Made by a program: the position numbers and the translations under genes
Shown: positions 29,886-39,233 of the stretch, piece after piece
Position numbering within the stretch: position 1 is the first letter of the stretch
Layout of the letters: each line of letters begins with the position of its first letter
Virus record (IMG/VR): IMGVR_UViG_3300005289_000004
Location: 11,641 to 75,640 of that record
Length of the DNA: 64,000 nucleotides
Direction: 5' to 3' (one strand)
Origin: a virus
Notes under the pieces: model-generated
The model's input: the letters and a program-made list of their open reading frames with translations, nothing else
Told to the model about the DNA's origin: nothing
Databases searched by the model: none

Positions 29886-29968
29886 ACAATCTTTAAATAA
29901 GAGGAGTGATACATGAGGGCTTAAACCGACCTGTTCGTAGATTTCCTAACGACTTCACATCTCCTCAA

Positions 29969-30457
29969 TTAGTTTACTATTGCTTTTGAAAATCCAAACA
30001 TTGCAGGATACTTTGCTACTTGAAAACCGCCATTTACAAATGCTTGTAGAACATCTATGTGGAACTCATCTTCTGGGTTGTACTTCTCTTCGTAAAAGTC
30101 TTCTATGTACTTCTGACCCATTTCAATTAGCAATTCTTCTAGGGTGTGTTGCTCAGTTGCCTTGCGATGTTTCATAGTTTACTGTTTACCAAATACATCC
30201 TCTAAAGACACTCCAACTAGCTCAGCTACTTTTTTAAGTAGAGCTACCTTATCTTCTACCTCGCATTCAGGTTCATTGTTCTGTTCGTCGTAAAGTTTAG
30301 CTTTGATAAGTAGTTTTTTCATCTCTTCAACCTCAGCCTTTAATTTATCGAACTCTTGTCTGCTTACCTGTATAGGGTTTACAAGGGGGTTTTTAAACTG
30401 TCCCAAATCTTTCCACTTGTCTGAATAGTGGTCGCCAATCATTGATACTACGCACAT
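29969..30457 (-). CDS. Two small hypothetical proteins (29969..30175, 30179..30457)
   Basis: Tightly packed ORFs in the same operon. Confidence 0.55.
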
Positions 30458-30460
30458 AAC

Positions 30461-30709
30461 TTAAAACGGTAAATCTGACGAATCTCCGTTAGTTTGTCCT
30501 GTTGGTTTGAAATCGTTAAGCACCGCATATTTCTTACCCCCTTCTTTAGCGTTTAAAATATCAACGTTACAATACCCTTTTTCGTTGGTGTGATCTTGCA
30601 GGAACTGTGCGAAGTCTGCTGTTTTGAAGGATAGCTTTGTGATCTCTCCGAAGGTAGTGTTTTTAACGTCTACGAATAAGCCGTTTGCATAAATTTTCTC
30701 GTTTGCCAT
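30461..30709 (-). CDS. Small ssDNA-binding-like protein with DLPF tail
   Basis: 82 aa beta-rich protein ending in the acidic SSB-type tail DSSDLPF. Confidence 0.55.
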   Translation of the reverse strand: MANEKIYANGLFVDVKNTTFGEITKLSFKTADFAQFLQDHTNEKGYCNVDILNAKEGGKKYAVLNDFKPTGQTNGDSSDLPF

Positions 30710-30730
30710 TTTTACTTTTGTTTAAGTTTA

Positions 30731-31042
30731 CTATTTAATTTGTTTTCCTTCAACATTACGTTTCACTCTATCAGCAGTTCTTTTATTTAACCACATAAGA
30801 GACTCTTCCAATTTGGTTATTACCAATGCGTTCTCTCTACACGGAAACTTAGATTGCAAATAGTTCATCCTTGCAATAAGGACTTCTAAAACCTCCTCAT
30901 TAGTTGTACCATCACTTACAGTCATCAACTCAACCGAACCCTCTTCTTTTGGTTCTTTTTGAATAAACTGGATTGTCTGTCCGTTCCTTGACTCTTCAAA
31001 GTTTGAAGCAACGTACCTGTGTCCTTCTACTAGTTCTTGCAT
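30731..31042 (-). CDS. tad1: Tad1/Acb2-family anti-defence sponge protein
   Basis: FPCRENALVITKLEESLMWLNKRTADRVKRNVEG matches the Tad1 helical hairpin motif RENA.A.T..EEALMW.N.R..DR..RNV.G. Confidence 0.75.
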   Translation of the reverse strand: MQELVEGHRYVASNFEESRNGQTIQFIQKEPKEEGSVELMTVSDGTTNEEVLEVLIARMNYLQSKFPCRENALVITKLEESLMWLNKRTADRVKRNVEGKQIK

Positions 31043-31170
31043 GTTTTTAATTCTAATTTATATTGTTTCTTTAATCTTTTATACAATGTCCGTTTTGGTA
31101 TGTCGCTGTTACTCTCAGCTAGTAGTACACCAGCTAACCCTCTTAATTCTCGTGCTTTATTTCCGGTCAT

Positions 31171-31365
31171 TTACAGTAGAATTAGTTTTTCATCATTTAT
31201 AAGTTCAGACTGCCAATCTCTTAAAAGATTTATTGCATGTTTTAATTCTTTCGCTCTAACCTGATCTGTTAGAACTTCTTCTGGTTTAATGTAACCACCA
31301 TCTGAAATGTCATACCAAAAACCATCTGTTGTGACAATTTCTTGTTCGTCTTTGTACTTACTCAT
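31171..31365 (-). CDS. Hypothetical protein
   Basis: 64 aa with FWYD...GGYIKPE motif; TATATTTG promoter just upstream. Confidence 0.6.
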   Translation of the reverse strand: MSKYKDEQEIVTTDGFWYDISDGGYIKPEEVLTDQVRAKELKHAINLLRDWQSELINDEKLILL

Positions 31366-31549
31366 CTTCTTTAATGTTTAACTTAACAATTCAAATATAC
31401 GACTACTATATGACATTACCAAATTTATTTTTATAAAGGGATAGCTTTACTTTTTCGTATAGGATGTTAAGTTATAACTGTACTTGTGTCACCCTGTTAA
31501 AATAGGTATACTATTTCTGTATATATTTGCAATTGTAAAAGTAAAGTAG

Positions 31550-31557
31550 TACCTTTG
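31550..31557 (+). promoter_or_regulatory. Bacteroidota -7 promoter element TACCTTTG
   Basis: Matches TAnnTTTG with an upstream TTTG -33 element. Confidence 0.7.
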
Positions 31558-31560
31558 CAT

Positions 31561-32055
31561 GTATAAGTAGTTGTTATATCAGGAGTGTAACATACCGCAG
31601 CTTAAAAGATATTAGAAAGGCCGATAAGTCGTCAAATAGGAACTCCTGATTCCTGATGTACTTTGAAGCCTTTTCTGTTTTAAATATTTTATTTAAGCTG
31701 TTGTATGTAGTCGTTGAACAGCTTGGGATATAAGAAGCCCTTAAACAAAAACAACCGTTAAGAAAATAGGCTAAGAAATAAAGAGTTAGCAATGCTTACG
31801 CCAGCAACTAACGACCTGAATGACAGAAATGTTCAAACACTTAGACCGCCATTGAGAATAAGATTTAGCTTTGATTGAGATTTACGAGCTATTTGGGAGG
31901 GGTGATGGGTAGTTTTCTTATAGATTGTAACCTTTAGAACTTAGATCAGCTATAATGCTAGATTATTAATAAGGGTTAACTCAGGAAGGTTGGGATCAAG
32001 TATCTCTACATTCAGGGGTATAAGGCGGGAACTGTCTAATCAGCAACTAACGATC
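31561..32055 (+). ncRNA. Candidate large structured ncRNA with 5' kissing-loop module
   Basis: No credible ORF; loops ATCAGGAGT and ACTCCTGAT are complementary; several long-range complementary segments. Confidence 0.55.
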
Positions 32056-32066
32056 ATATATAGGTT

Positions 32067-32285
32067 ATGTCAAGAAGTTATAAAAAGAGTGCAGTAATAA
32101 AAGATGGTGGGCATGAAGGTAAGAAACGCTTCAACCAAAACTTTAGGAGTAAAAATAAAATACACATAAGGTTAGGTCTTGAACCCAAGTTGCCCAATGA
32201 AGTAGAAAATCAATACAATTTATGTGATTGGGGGTGCAGGTTTGAGAAGAGTCATCCCGACTATAAAGTAAGAAAAAGAAAATAA
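32067..32285 (+). CDS. Small basic protein
   Basis: MSRSYKK..., K/R-rich, directly after the candidate ncRNA. Confidence 0.65.
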   Translation: MSRSYKKSAVIKDGGHEGKKRFNQNFRSKNKIHIRLGLEPKLPNEVENQYNLCDWGCRFEKSHPDYKVRKRK

Positions 32286-32341
32286 TACTTGCACATATAA
32301 AAATAAAACACTTACTTTGACTTATATTAAAAAACAAAATT

Positions 32342-32797
32342 ATGGAAGACCTAAGAATTAGAGAGCTTGACTTTTTCAAGCACAGAACAATCACTTATAT
32401 GTGTAAAGCAAGAGTGGGTGAAATGGTAATATTTAATAATGAGATGGTTCACGAATCGGAATGTGAAAGAGTCACGGAACCCTTCAAGCTTTCGTATAAT
32501 CTTATGAAGTCAGGCGCTCAATTAATATCAACAGAGAGGCGTGAACAAATGTCTAAGCACAAATACAATGATTCTAACGATGACGAGTACGTAAACGGAG
32601 AGTTGAAACAGGCTGCAATATATGCCTTAACGTGTAATGATGATGTAGTTTCCAATTACCCTAAGGACTGGCATCCTATTTTTGGTGATAAATGTGCTAC
32701 CAAAGATGAGATAGGATTATTGACTGTAGCTGGAGCTTTAATTGCGGCTGAAATAGACAGAATTAGAAGGCTGGAAGAAAAGGAAAACAATTTTTAA
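32342..32797 (+). CDS. Conserved phage hypothetical protein
   Basis: ER..Q...DD....GEL..AA.YA..AGALIAAEIDR motif. Confidence 0.65.
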   Translation: MEDLRIRELDFFKHRTITYMCKARVGEMVIFNNEMVHESECERVTEPFKLSYNLMKSGAQLISTERREQMSKHKYNDSNDDEYVNGELKQAAIYALTCNDDVVSNYPKDWHPIFGDKCATKDEIGLLTVAGALIAAEIDRIRRLEEKENNF

Positions 32798-32814
32798 CAA
32801 CTCCACTTTAATAT

Positions 32815-33243
32815 ATGAAAAATCAATTAGCAATAGCAATTAGTTTAACCGCACAGGTTTTTGAAACTAAAACTGATAAGGCAGGACAACCTTACATCCT
32901 ACATTGTTTAAGAGTAATGAACGCTGTAGCAGGAGATGACGAGTTAATGCAGATAGCAGTTCTTCACGATGTTGTTGAAGACACTAACATGACTTTAGAG
33001 GACTTGAAAGGTTTAGGATTCACAGACAGGGTTATAACAGCAGTTAGTAGGCTGACACACAATTCAGGTGAAAACTACGACGAGTATATTAAATGGATTT
33101 CATTTAGCCCTGATGCCACAAAAGTAAAGCTAGCAGACTTAAAAGATAACAGTGATATTACAAGACTAAAAGGGCTGACTAAAAAAGACTTTGACAGGAT
33201 GGAGAAATACCATAAATCCTATGTCTACTTATCTTCCATATAA
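32815..33243 (+). CDS. HD-domain hydrolase (RelA/SpoT hydrolase/Mesh1-like)
   Basis: GQPYILHCLRV..AVLHDVVEDT..LTH..VKLADLKDN. Confidence 0.85.
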   Translation: MKNQLAIAISLTAQVFETKTDKAGQPYILHCLRVMNAVAGDDELMQIAVLHDVVEDTNMTLEDLKGLGFTDRVITAVSRLTHNSGENYDEYIKWISFSPDATKVKLADLKDNSDITRLKGLTKKDFDRMEKYHKSYVYLSSI

Positions 33244-33247
33244 ACTT

Positions 33248-33847
33248 ATGATGACGCCATCCCAGATAAGACGATGTGAACGATTAAAACAGGAGACTAA
33301 AGCTAGGAGAACGTTACGGTTAGCTGAGAAAGCTAAAGAGAAGCAAAGACAGTTAGTTTTAAAGGCTAAACAGAAAGCAGACCGTAAATTAGCAAAGGCT
33401 GTACCAGTTAAACCTGAACAAGAGAAGCTACCCAACAGACAGATAAATTTAGACAAGTGTGTAAGAGTACAGCTAGACGATAACACTGAAGTCTACGTAA
33501 AAGAAGGAACGGATATTAACACACTTAAAGCTAGACATAAAAAGGCACGTAAAGTAGGTTCAATAGGTAAGGTTAGAGAGTGGAGTAACAAGCAGGAGCG
33601 TTGGTTAGCAGATAATTATAAAGAACTTACAGATGCCGAGATGTCCAAACATTTAGGAAGAACGCCTCATGCTATCAAAGAGAGAAGATGCCAGTTAAGG
33701 TTACTGAGAAACTGCGGGGACACTTTGTCCTTAAAAGCCAAAATAAAGCGCATGAAGGAACTAATAACTTTATGTGAAGCTAATCCTTCACCACCTATAA
33801 AAGATGGCTATAAACTAGAGCTAATGAAGTTAAGCGGATTATGGTAA
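33248..33847 (+). CDS. Basic protein with HTH/Myb-like motif
   Basis: WSNKQERWLADNY..EMSKHLGRTPHAIKERRCQLRL; likely start MMTPSQ. Confidence 0.55.
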   Translation: MMTPSQIRRCERLKQETKARRTLRLAEKAKEKQRQLVLKAKQKADRKLAKAVPVKPEQEKLPNRQINLDKCVRVQLDDNTEVYVKEGTDINTLKARHKKARKVGSIGKVREWSNKQERWLADNYKELTDAEMSKHLGRTPHAIKERRCQLRLLRNCGDTLSLKAKIKRMKELITLCEANPSPPIKDGYKLELMKLSGLW

Positions 33848-34203
33848 GAACGAAAACAATAGACATTCCAATTTACTTTGGATATTTCAGAATTATAGTG
33901 GCTGATGATTTTTCTGATGTTCATTTAGGAGGAGCTACGCACCTAAAGGATGTCAAATATTATTCAGCTTTCGTATTTACAGACTACACTCCGAAAGACA
34001 TACAGCGTTTTACAATAGTGGTAAAGCCTAAGACAACACATAGTATTATTGCTCATGAAGTAGTACACTTAGTCAATTCCCTGTTTGTAGGTAGGGGTAT
34101 AACCTTAGATGCACACAACGACGAGCCACAAGCCTACCTTACGGGTTGGTTTACAAAAGAGATATACAAGTTTATTAAGCCTGAGAATGTTAGTTTGTAT
34201 TAG
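33841..34203 (+). CDS. HExxH zincin-like protein
   Basis: IIAHEVVH...DEPQAYL. Confidence 0.6.
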   Translation: MVRTKTIDIPIYFGYFRIIVADDFSDVHLGGATHLKDVKYYSAFVFTDYTPKDIQRFTIVVKPKTTHSIIAHEVVHLVNSLFVGRGITLDAHNDEPQAYLTGWFTKEIYKFIKPENVSLY

Positions 34204-34585
34204 GTGAGGATTGCATGAATTTTTCCTTAACTCGTGTAAGTAGCTGTTCTCTTTCTTCTGGGCTAAGTGTTCCTTTAATGTCGCCTAAATATAAGTCTCG
34301 CTCTACCTCTGATAACCCAAACCATAAATTGTACGTATCAAACTCATCTGTTGCACGTAGGAAGGGTATCATTTCGAAGGCCGAAAGCGATGAATGTTGT
34401 GCGTACCTCTTTATAAGCGTAGATTTCGTAACATTAGTACATTCCCATAACAGTTCTATTAGCATAGCTCGCATAAAAGACTTATCTGTATGAAAATAAT
34501 CAACAGCAATCCTCCACCTCACACTGTCCAGCATTTCCTCGATTGTAAAACTCGCAGTACGACCTTTCCTTTTCACTTTACCCAT
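34190..34585 (-). CDS. Lone antisense-oriented hypothetical protein
   Basis: Likely start MGKVKR at 34585, own TATCTTTG promoter just upstream. Confidence 0.55.
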   Translation of the reverse strand: MGKVKRKGRTASFTIEEMLDSVRWRIAVDYFHTDKSFMRAMLIELLWECTNVTKSTLIKRYAQHSSLSAFEMIPFLRATDEFDTYNLWFGLSEVERDLYLGDIKGTLSPEEREQLLTRVKEKFMQSSPNTN

Positions 34586-34683
34586 AACACTATTTATATT
34601 TAGGTCAAAGATAACTATTTTAAAATAAATTTGCAAGTCTGACAAATAGCACATATCTTAGCGTTATATTAAAAATCAAAAAT

Positions 34684-35097
34684 ATGGAATTAGAGAACTT
34701 GACTAGATCACAAAAAGAGTTAGTAAGCTATAAAATGAAAATAGCTTCAAATGTAAACTCTCTTTCAACACTTTGCAATGGTTTATCTACTGATGCTGGT
34801 TGGTGGAAGGGTAATGAAGAACCAAGTATTGAGTGTTTAGCTGTGAAGTTATGTTTAGTACATAGTGAAGTATCTGAGGCTTTAGAAGGTTTAAGAAAAG
34901 GGCTACAAGACGATCATCTACCAGAAAGAAAGATGTTTGAGGTTGAACTAGCTGATGTGCTTATCAGAGTTTTTGATTTAGCAGGACAACTTGATATGGA
35001 TTTAGGTGGTGCTATGGTTGACAAACTGTTATACAACCAACAAAGAGCAGATCATAAGCTAGAGAACAGGGAAAAAGAAAACGGTAAGAAATTTTAA
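34684..35097 (+). CDS. MazG-like NTP pyrophosphohydrolase
   Basis: LCLVHSEVSEALEGLRK..EVELADVLIRVFDL..K..YN..R. Confidence 0.85.
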   Translation: MELENLTRSQKELVSYKMKIASNVNSLSTLCNGLSTDAGWWKGNEEPSIECLAVKLCLVHSEVSEALEGLRKGLQDDHLPERKMFEVELADVLIRVFDLAGQLDMDLGGAMVDKLLYNQQRADHKLENREKENGKKF

Positions 35098-35100
35098 CAT

Positions 35101-36642
35101 ATGAGACAAATATTTACAGTAGAAGAGCTAATCAATTTAGGATTTGAAAAGGTAGAGGACAGCCCAACATACCTACAATATATACTCAACAAAAACGATT
35201 ATTTCTCATCAAACTTCATTGCGAGCGAGGACGTATGGAATTTAGAGAGCGGTATGGAGCTTAGAGTATCAGCTAGCGGAGATGAAAACTGGTTAGGTGA
35301 AGAAGAGTTATTAGCAATCATTAAAAGAGGGTATTTATAATGGAAGAAACAGCAGAACTAACGCTAGAGGACAAGCTAACCGCATTCTCCCAACAGGTTA
35401 ACGAAGATTATCAAAAGATAGACTCTGAACAGAACTTAGAACTGGTACTTGACAAAGAGCATTTAGATTTAATCTTAACAGTAGGATTTGGAATACCTTA
35501 TCACAAGGTTAGCTTGATACGTACAGACGGAAAGTATTTAAAACTTAAACTAGAGAAGATATGAAAAATTCAATATTAATTGCAATACTAGCTTTTACAT
35601 GTGTATCAGCATCGGTAGTGTCAAGTAGCATTATTACTACACCCGCTAAACCAAAGGAAGTGTTTACTGATTGGTACGGTATATCTTCATCCTTAACGTC
35701 AGATATTAAAAGATACCACGCAAAAGGATTTATTGTTAAAACAGTTACTTCTGGGGGTGGTGAAGGTAGTAAATACATTCTTGTAATGGAAAAATATTAA
35801 TAGTATGACTAGGCAAGAAGTAAGAAACTACATATTCAACTTTCCCACTAAGTACGAACAGGGATTTACAAATTCGGAGATATACACTGTGATTGAAGAT
35901 TTCCCACCTATTACTCACAACGAGTTCTTTAGAGTGCTTGGAGTTAACACAGTAATGGTGATTGGAGGAGAGACGGTGACCTATGCGTGCGATATAGAGA
36001 AAACGCTGATGGCTTGTTTAGAAGGTCGGGAACTTAACTGGTGGGAGGTAGACTGATGGACTTTAATACGAGGTTTAGGATTAAACGTAGGGTTATCAAA
36101 AGCAACAGAGTAACTAACCAAAGAGATTACGGTGATGTTGGGTTGTTTTTAAAATTTGGTGTAGAAACTTTTAAGCGGTACAACGTCAAAGAGTACTTTA
36201 CGGGCAGACCTTCTGGTGAGGTAGGAGAAATATGGACGTTCGATTTAAAAGCTAGAAAGTTTGTTAAGCAGGATATTGATTTTATTGAGCGTGAATTAAA
36301 TATTGAATTATGAGTGACGTATTTATATCAGTTACAATACAAGATAGCACTACACCTGTATGGAAATTATCAGCTTTGTTTTTAGACGGCAAGTATACAA
36401 TGGTGGGGTTAGAAACTCCATTTGAAGACATGTCGTATTGGGACAATCCAATCTACCTGTATGGCACACTTTATCCTCTACTTAGGAGATTTATAGATCA
36501 CACATTGACTGAAGAAGATGTGTATGAACTGCACGACAATAAATTAGCAACAGTTTTTAAAGAAGATAACAACTTACCACAAGTGCTATTTGATATGCTT
36601 GATAAGGGTAAAGAGTTGGGTTGGCATCTGGTAAAGTTGTAA
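35101..36642 (+). CDS. Run of six small hypothetical genes
   Basis: Abutting/overlapping ORFs; 35561..35800 has a signal peptide-like N-terminus. Confidence 0.55.
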
Positions 36643-36743
36643 CTGTTAAATTGAGACAAGTTAAACGGTAATAATTAGGTTATCTTAAAAATAAATTGCA
36701 GATAACTCTTGACATTGTAAATTTAAGATTGTAGATTAGCAGG

Positions 36744-39101
36744 ATGAAAAAAAGATGTTTAGTCGATTTAGAGTCGAGTGCGCTACTATCTCAAATGTTA
36801 GATTACAGAACTCTACCATACAAACTACGAAAGGATGCGAAACTATGGTGTGTTGTTGTCACAGACTTAGAAACTAAAGAATCTAATGTAGCTGTTGGTA
36901 ATCAGATCACTAAGCAGTGGATGCAAGATGCTCTCAAAGACTACGACTTCATAATACTTCACAACGGGCATAAGTTTGACTTAATAGTTTTATGGTTGTT
37001 TGGAGTTCTTGAATACTCAATCGGCTATTTAAATGAAAGTGACACCTGTTTTGGGAGAGAGGTTCAGTTTGTTGACACCCTCATATTATCTCGTATAGCA
37101 AACCCAGATAGATTTGGAGGACACTCTTTACATGCTTGGGGCGTACGCTTAGGAAACTATAAAACTGATTTTAGACAACAATGTATAGAAACTGGAGTTA
37201 TTGAGAAAGGCTCACCTAAAGCATCAGAATTTTTACAGTACACCCCTTTGATGACTGAGTACTGCATTCAAGATACCCTAGTTACGGGTGACACCTACGA
37301 AGAGTTGGTTAAAGAACTTAGTGGTTGGGATGGATGGAAGCAAGCTATCAAATTAGAACATAAACTGGCAGACCTATCAGTAAGAAGAGAGACGTTCGGT
37401 TTTTGGTTTGACAAAGAATCAGCTTTAAAATGCCTTGAAGATTTAACTGTTAAGATGCAGGAACTGACTGATAAGGTTAACCCACTGCTACCCGAAATAC
37501 CTTTAAGTAAAGGAAAGCTAGACGACTACACCCCACCTAAGAATCAGTTTAAGGCAGACGGAACACCAACTGTTCACATGGTAAGATTTGTTCAGAGACT
37601 AGGTGCTAAGGTAGAAGACAACCAACTGTTCTACGAAGGTAATTGGTATACACTCCCACTAACTGAACCACTGAAGACTACAGCCAAAGCTACTATAGAT
37701 GATATGGATGCGGTGAAGATGCATCTTATTGACTTGGGATGGGAACCGACAGAATGGAAAGAGCGGGATTTAACAAAAGATTCTAAGAAGCAAAACTTGT
37801 CTATAGAGAAAAGAGTTAAAGCCTTAGATCGGTGGTATTCTGAAACTATGGCAGGTAAGTATAAAAAAGCTAGACTGGCAATTGTTGGTGATAAAGACAC
37901 GTACAACAAACTAAGAAGACGGCTTAACGAAAATAAACCTGTTAGAGTACCGACCTCTCCTGCTGTAAGGGTTGGGGTTGAGAAAGAACTTTGCCCCCAC
38001 TTACTAGAACTAGGCGATAAGGTGGCATTTGCTAGAGACTTTGCTGACTACCTAACCTACCGTCACAGAAAAAGCAGTATTGCTGGTGGAGATATAGAGG
38101 AAATGGATTTTGACGAGGATATACCAAACACAGGATTCTTGTCGATGTATAGGGAAGAGGACGGAAGAATACCAACACCTGCAATAGAGATCGGTGCAGC
38201 CACGAACAGATATAGACACATAGGGGTTGCAAACATACCAAGAGCTTCATCAACTTATGGTAAAGAGATGCGAAGCCTTTTCGGATGTGGAGAAGGATAC
38301 GTACAGTTAGGATTTGATTTTTCTTCATTAGAAAATAGGGTTCAAGGGTCGTATGTTTTTAACGGCACAGACGGTCAACTCTTAGCTAAACAACTGATAG
38401 CTGACAAGCCTGACGATTTGCACACCATTAATGGGCAGAAGCTAGGTATATCAAGAACAGATGCCAAGTCTTTTACTTATGCTATTCTTTACGGTGCGTC
38501 TGCTAAGAAAGTTTCAAAGATGCTTAGTTGTACAATGGAGCGAGCAGAACAATTAGTTACAGAGTTTTGGGAAGCTGTACCAGCGCTAAATGAACTGAAG
38601 CAACAGAAAGAACAGGAATGGTTACAAACAGGTAAAAAATATATTCGGGGCGTAGATGGTAGGAAGATCAACATCAGAAGTCAGCATAGCATATTAAATG
38701 CTTTATTTCAAAGTGGCGGTGTTATCTGTACAAAGTACACCACAGTATTTTTACTAGAACAGTTGGAGAAACAAGGTTACTGTATTGATTGTTTTAAAGG
38801 AGTACCTGATGTAGCAGAGATGATTTCTTATCATGACGAAAGCCAACTAGCTGTTAGACAAGCACTTACACAATTTATACCATTTGAAACTGAGGGCGAA
38901 GGAAAAGAATTTATCAGTAGTGTTTCGTTAGATTACCAGTTGTCTGCTTTATCCGAAGGAAAGAGTTGGTATATCACACTTCCTAATGTCGTATCCCAAG
39001 CTATTGAAGACAGCATTAAAAAGACAGGAGAGCTAGTTGGATTGAATGTTCCGCTAGGTTACGAATGGATAGTTAATAAGACTTGGTACGGATGCCATTA
39101 G
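36744..39101 (+). CDS. polA: DNA polymerase family A (T7-like) with 3'-5' exonuclease
   Basis: ExoI DLE, ExoII HNGHKFD, ExoIII YCIQD; motif A DFSSLENR, motif B RTDAKSFTYAILYG, motif C HDE. Confidence 0.95.
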   Translation: MKKRCLVDLESSALLSQMLDYRTLPYKLRKDAKLWCVVVTDLETKESNVAVGNQITKQWMQDALKDYDFIILHNGHKFDLIVLWLFGVLEYSIGYLNESDTCFGREVQFVDTLILSRIANPDRFGGHSLHAWGVRLGNYKTDFRQQCIETGVIEKGSPKASEFLQYTPLMTEYCIQDTLVTGDTYEELVKELSGWDGWKQAIKLEHKLADLSVRRETFGFWFDKESALKCLEDLTVKMQELTDKVNPLLPEIPLSKGKLDDYTPPKNQFKADGTPTVHMVRFVQRLGAKVEDNQLFYEGNWYTLPLTEPLKTTAKATIDDMDAVKMHLIDLGWEPTEWKERDLTKDSKKQNLSIEKRVKALDRWYSETMAGKYKKARLAIVGDKDTYNKLRRRLNENKPVRVPTSPAVRVGVEKELCPHLLELGDKVAFARDFADYLTYRHRKSSIAGGDIEEMDFDEDIPNTGFLSMYREEDGRIPTPAIEIGAATNRYRHIGVANIPRASSTYGKEMRSLFGCGEGYVQLGFDFSSLENRVQGSYVFNGTDGQLLAKQLIADKPDDLHTINGQKLGISRTDAKSFTYAILYGASAKKVSKMLSCTMERAEQLVTEFWEAVPALNELKQQKEQEWLQTGKKYIRGVDGRKINIRSQHSILNALFQSGGVICTKYTTVFLLEQLEKQGYCIDCFKGVPDVAEMISYHDESQLAVRQALTQFIPFETEGEGKEFISSVSLDYQLSALSEGKSWYITLPNVVSQAIEDSIKKTGELVGLNVPLGYEWIVNKTWYGCH

Positions 39102-39121
39102 GAAATTACTAAAAATTTTAG

Positions 39122-39223
39122 TATCTTTGTGCTGTTACAGTATCTCAATTTAAGTAACAGTAAGAAATTTAACACCCATTGCACCTAAAAGTGAGTTGAG
39201 ATACACTGGCGGGAGTAGTGGGT
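39122..39223 (+). promoter_or_regulatory. Promoter plus kissing-loop RNA leader
   Basis: TATCTTTG followed by two hairpins whose loops TATCTCAATT / AGTTGAGATA are complementary. Confidence 0.6.
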
Positions 39224-39233
39224 TTATTATTTT

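Noticed and set aside
31574-31792. 72-aa minus-strand ORF (and the 67-aa ORF 55243..55446)
   Set aside because: Non-ATG starts, no recognisable motifs, and they lie opposite the structured RNA candidates
36744-39101. DpoZ/modified-base replication system
   Set aside because: No purZ or other base-modification genes in the window; motifs look like ordinary T7-type PolA
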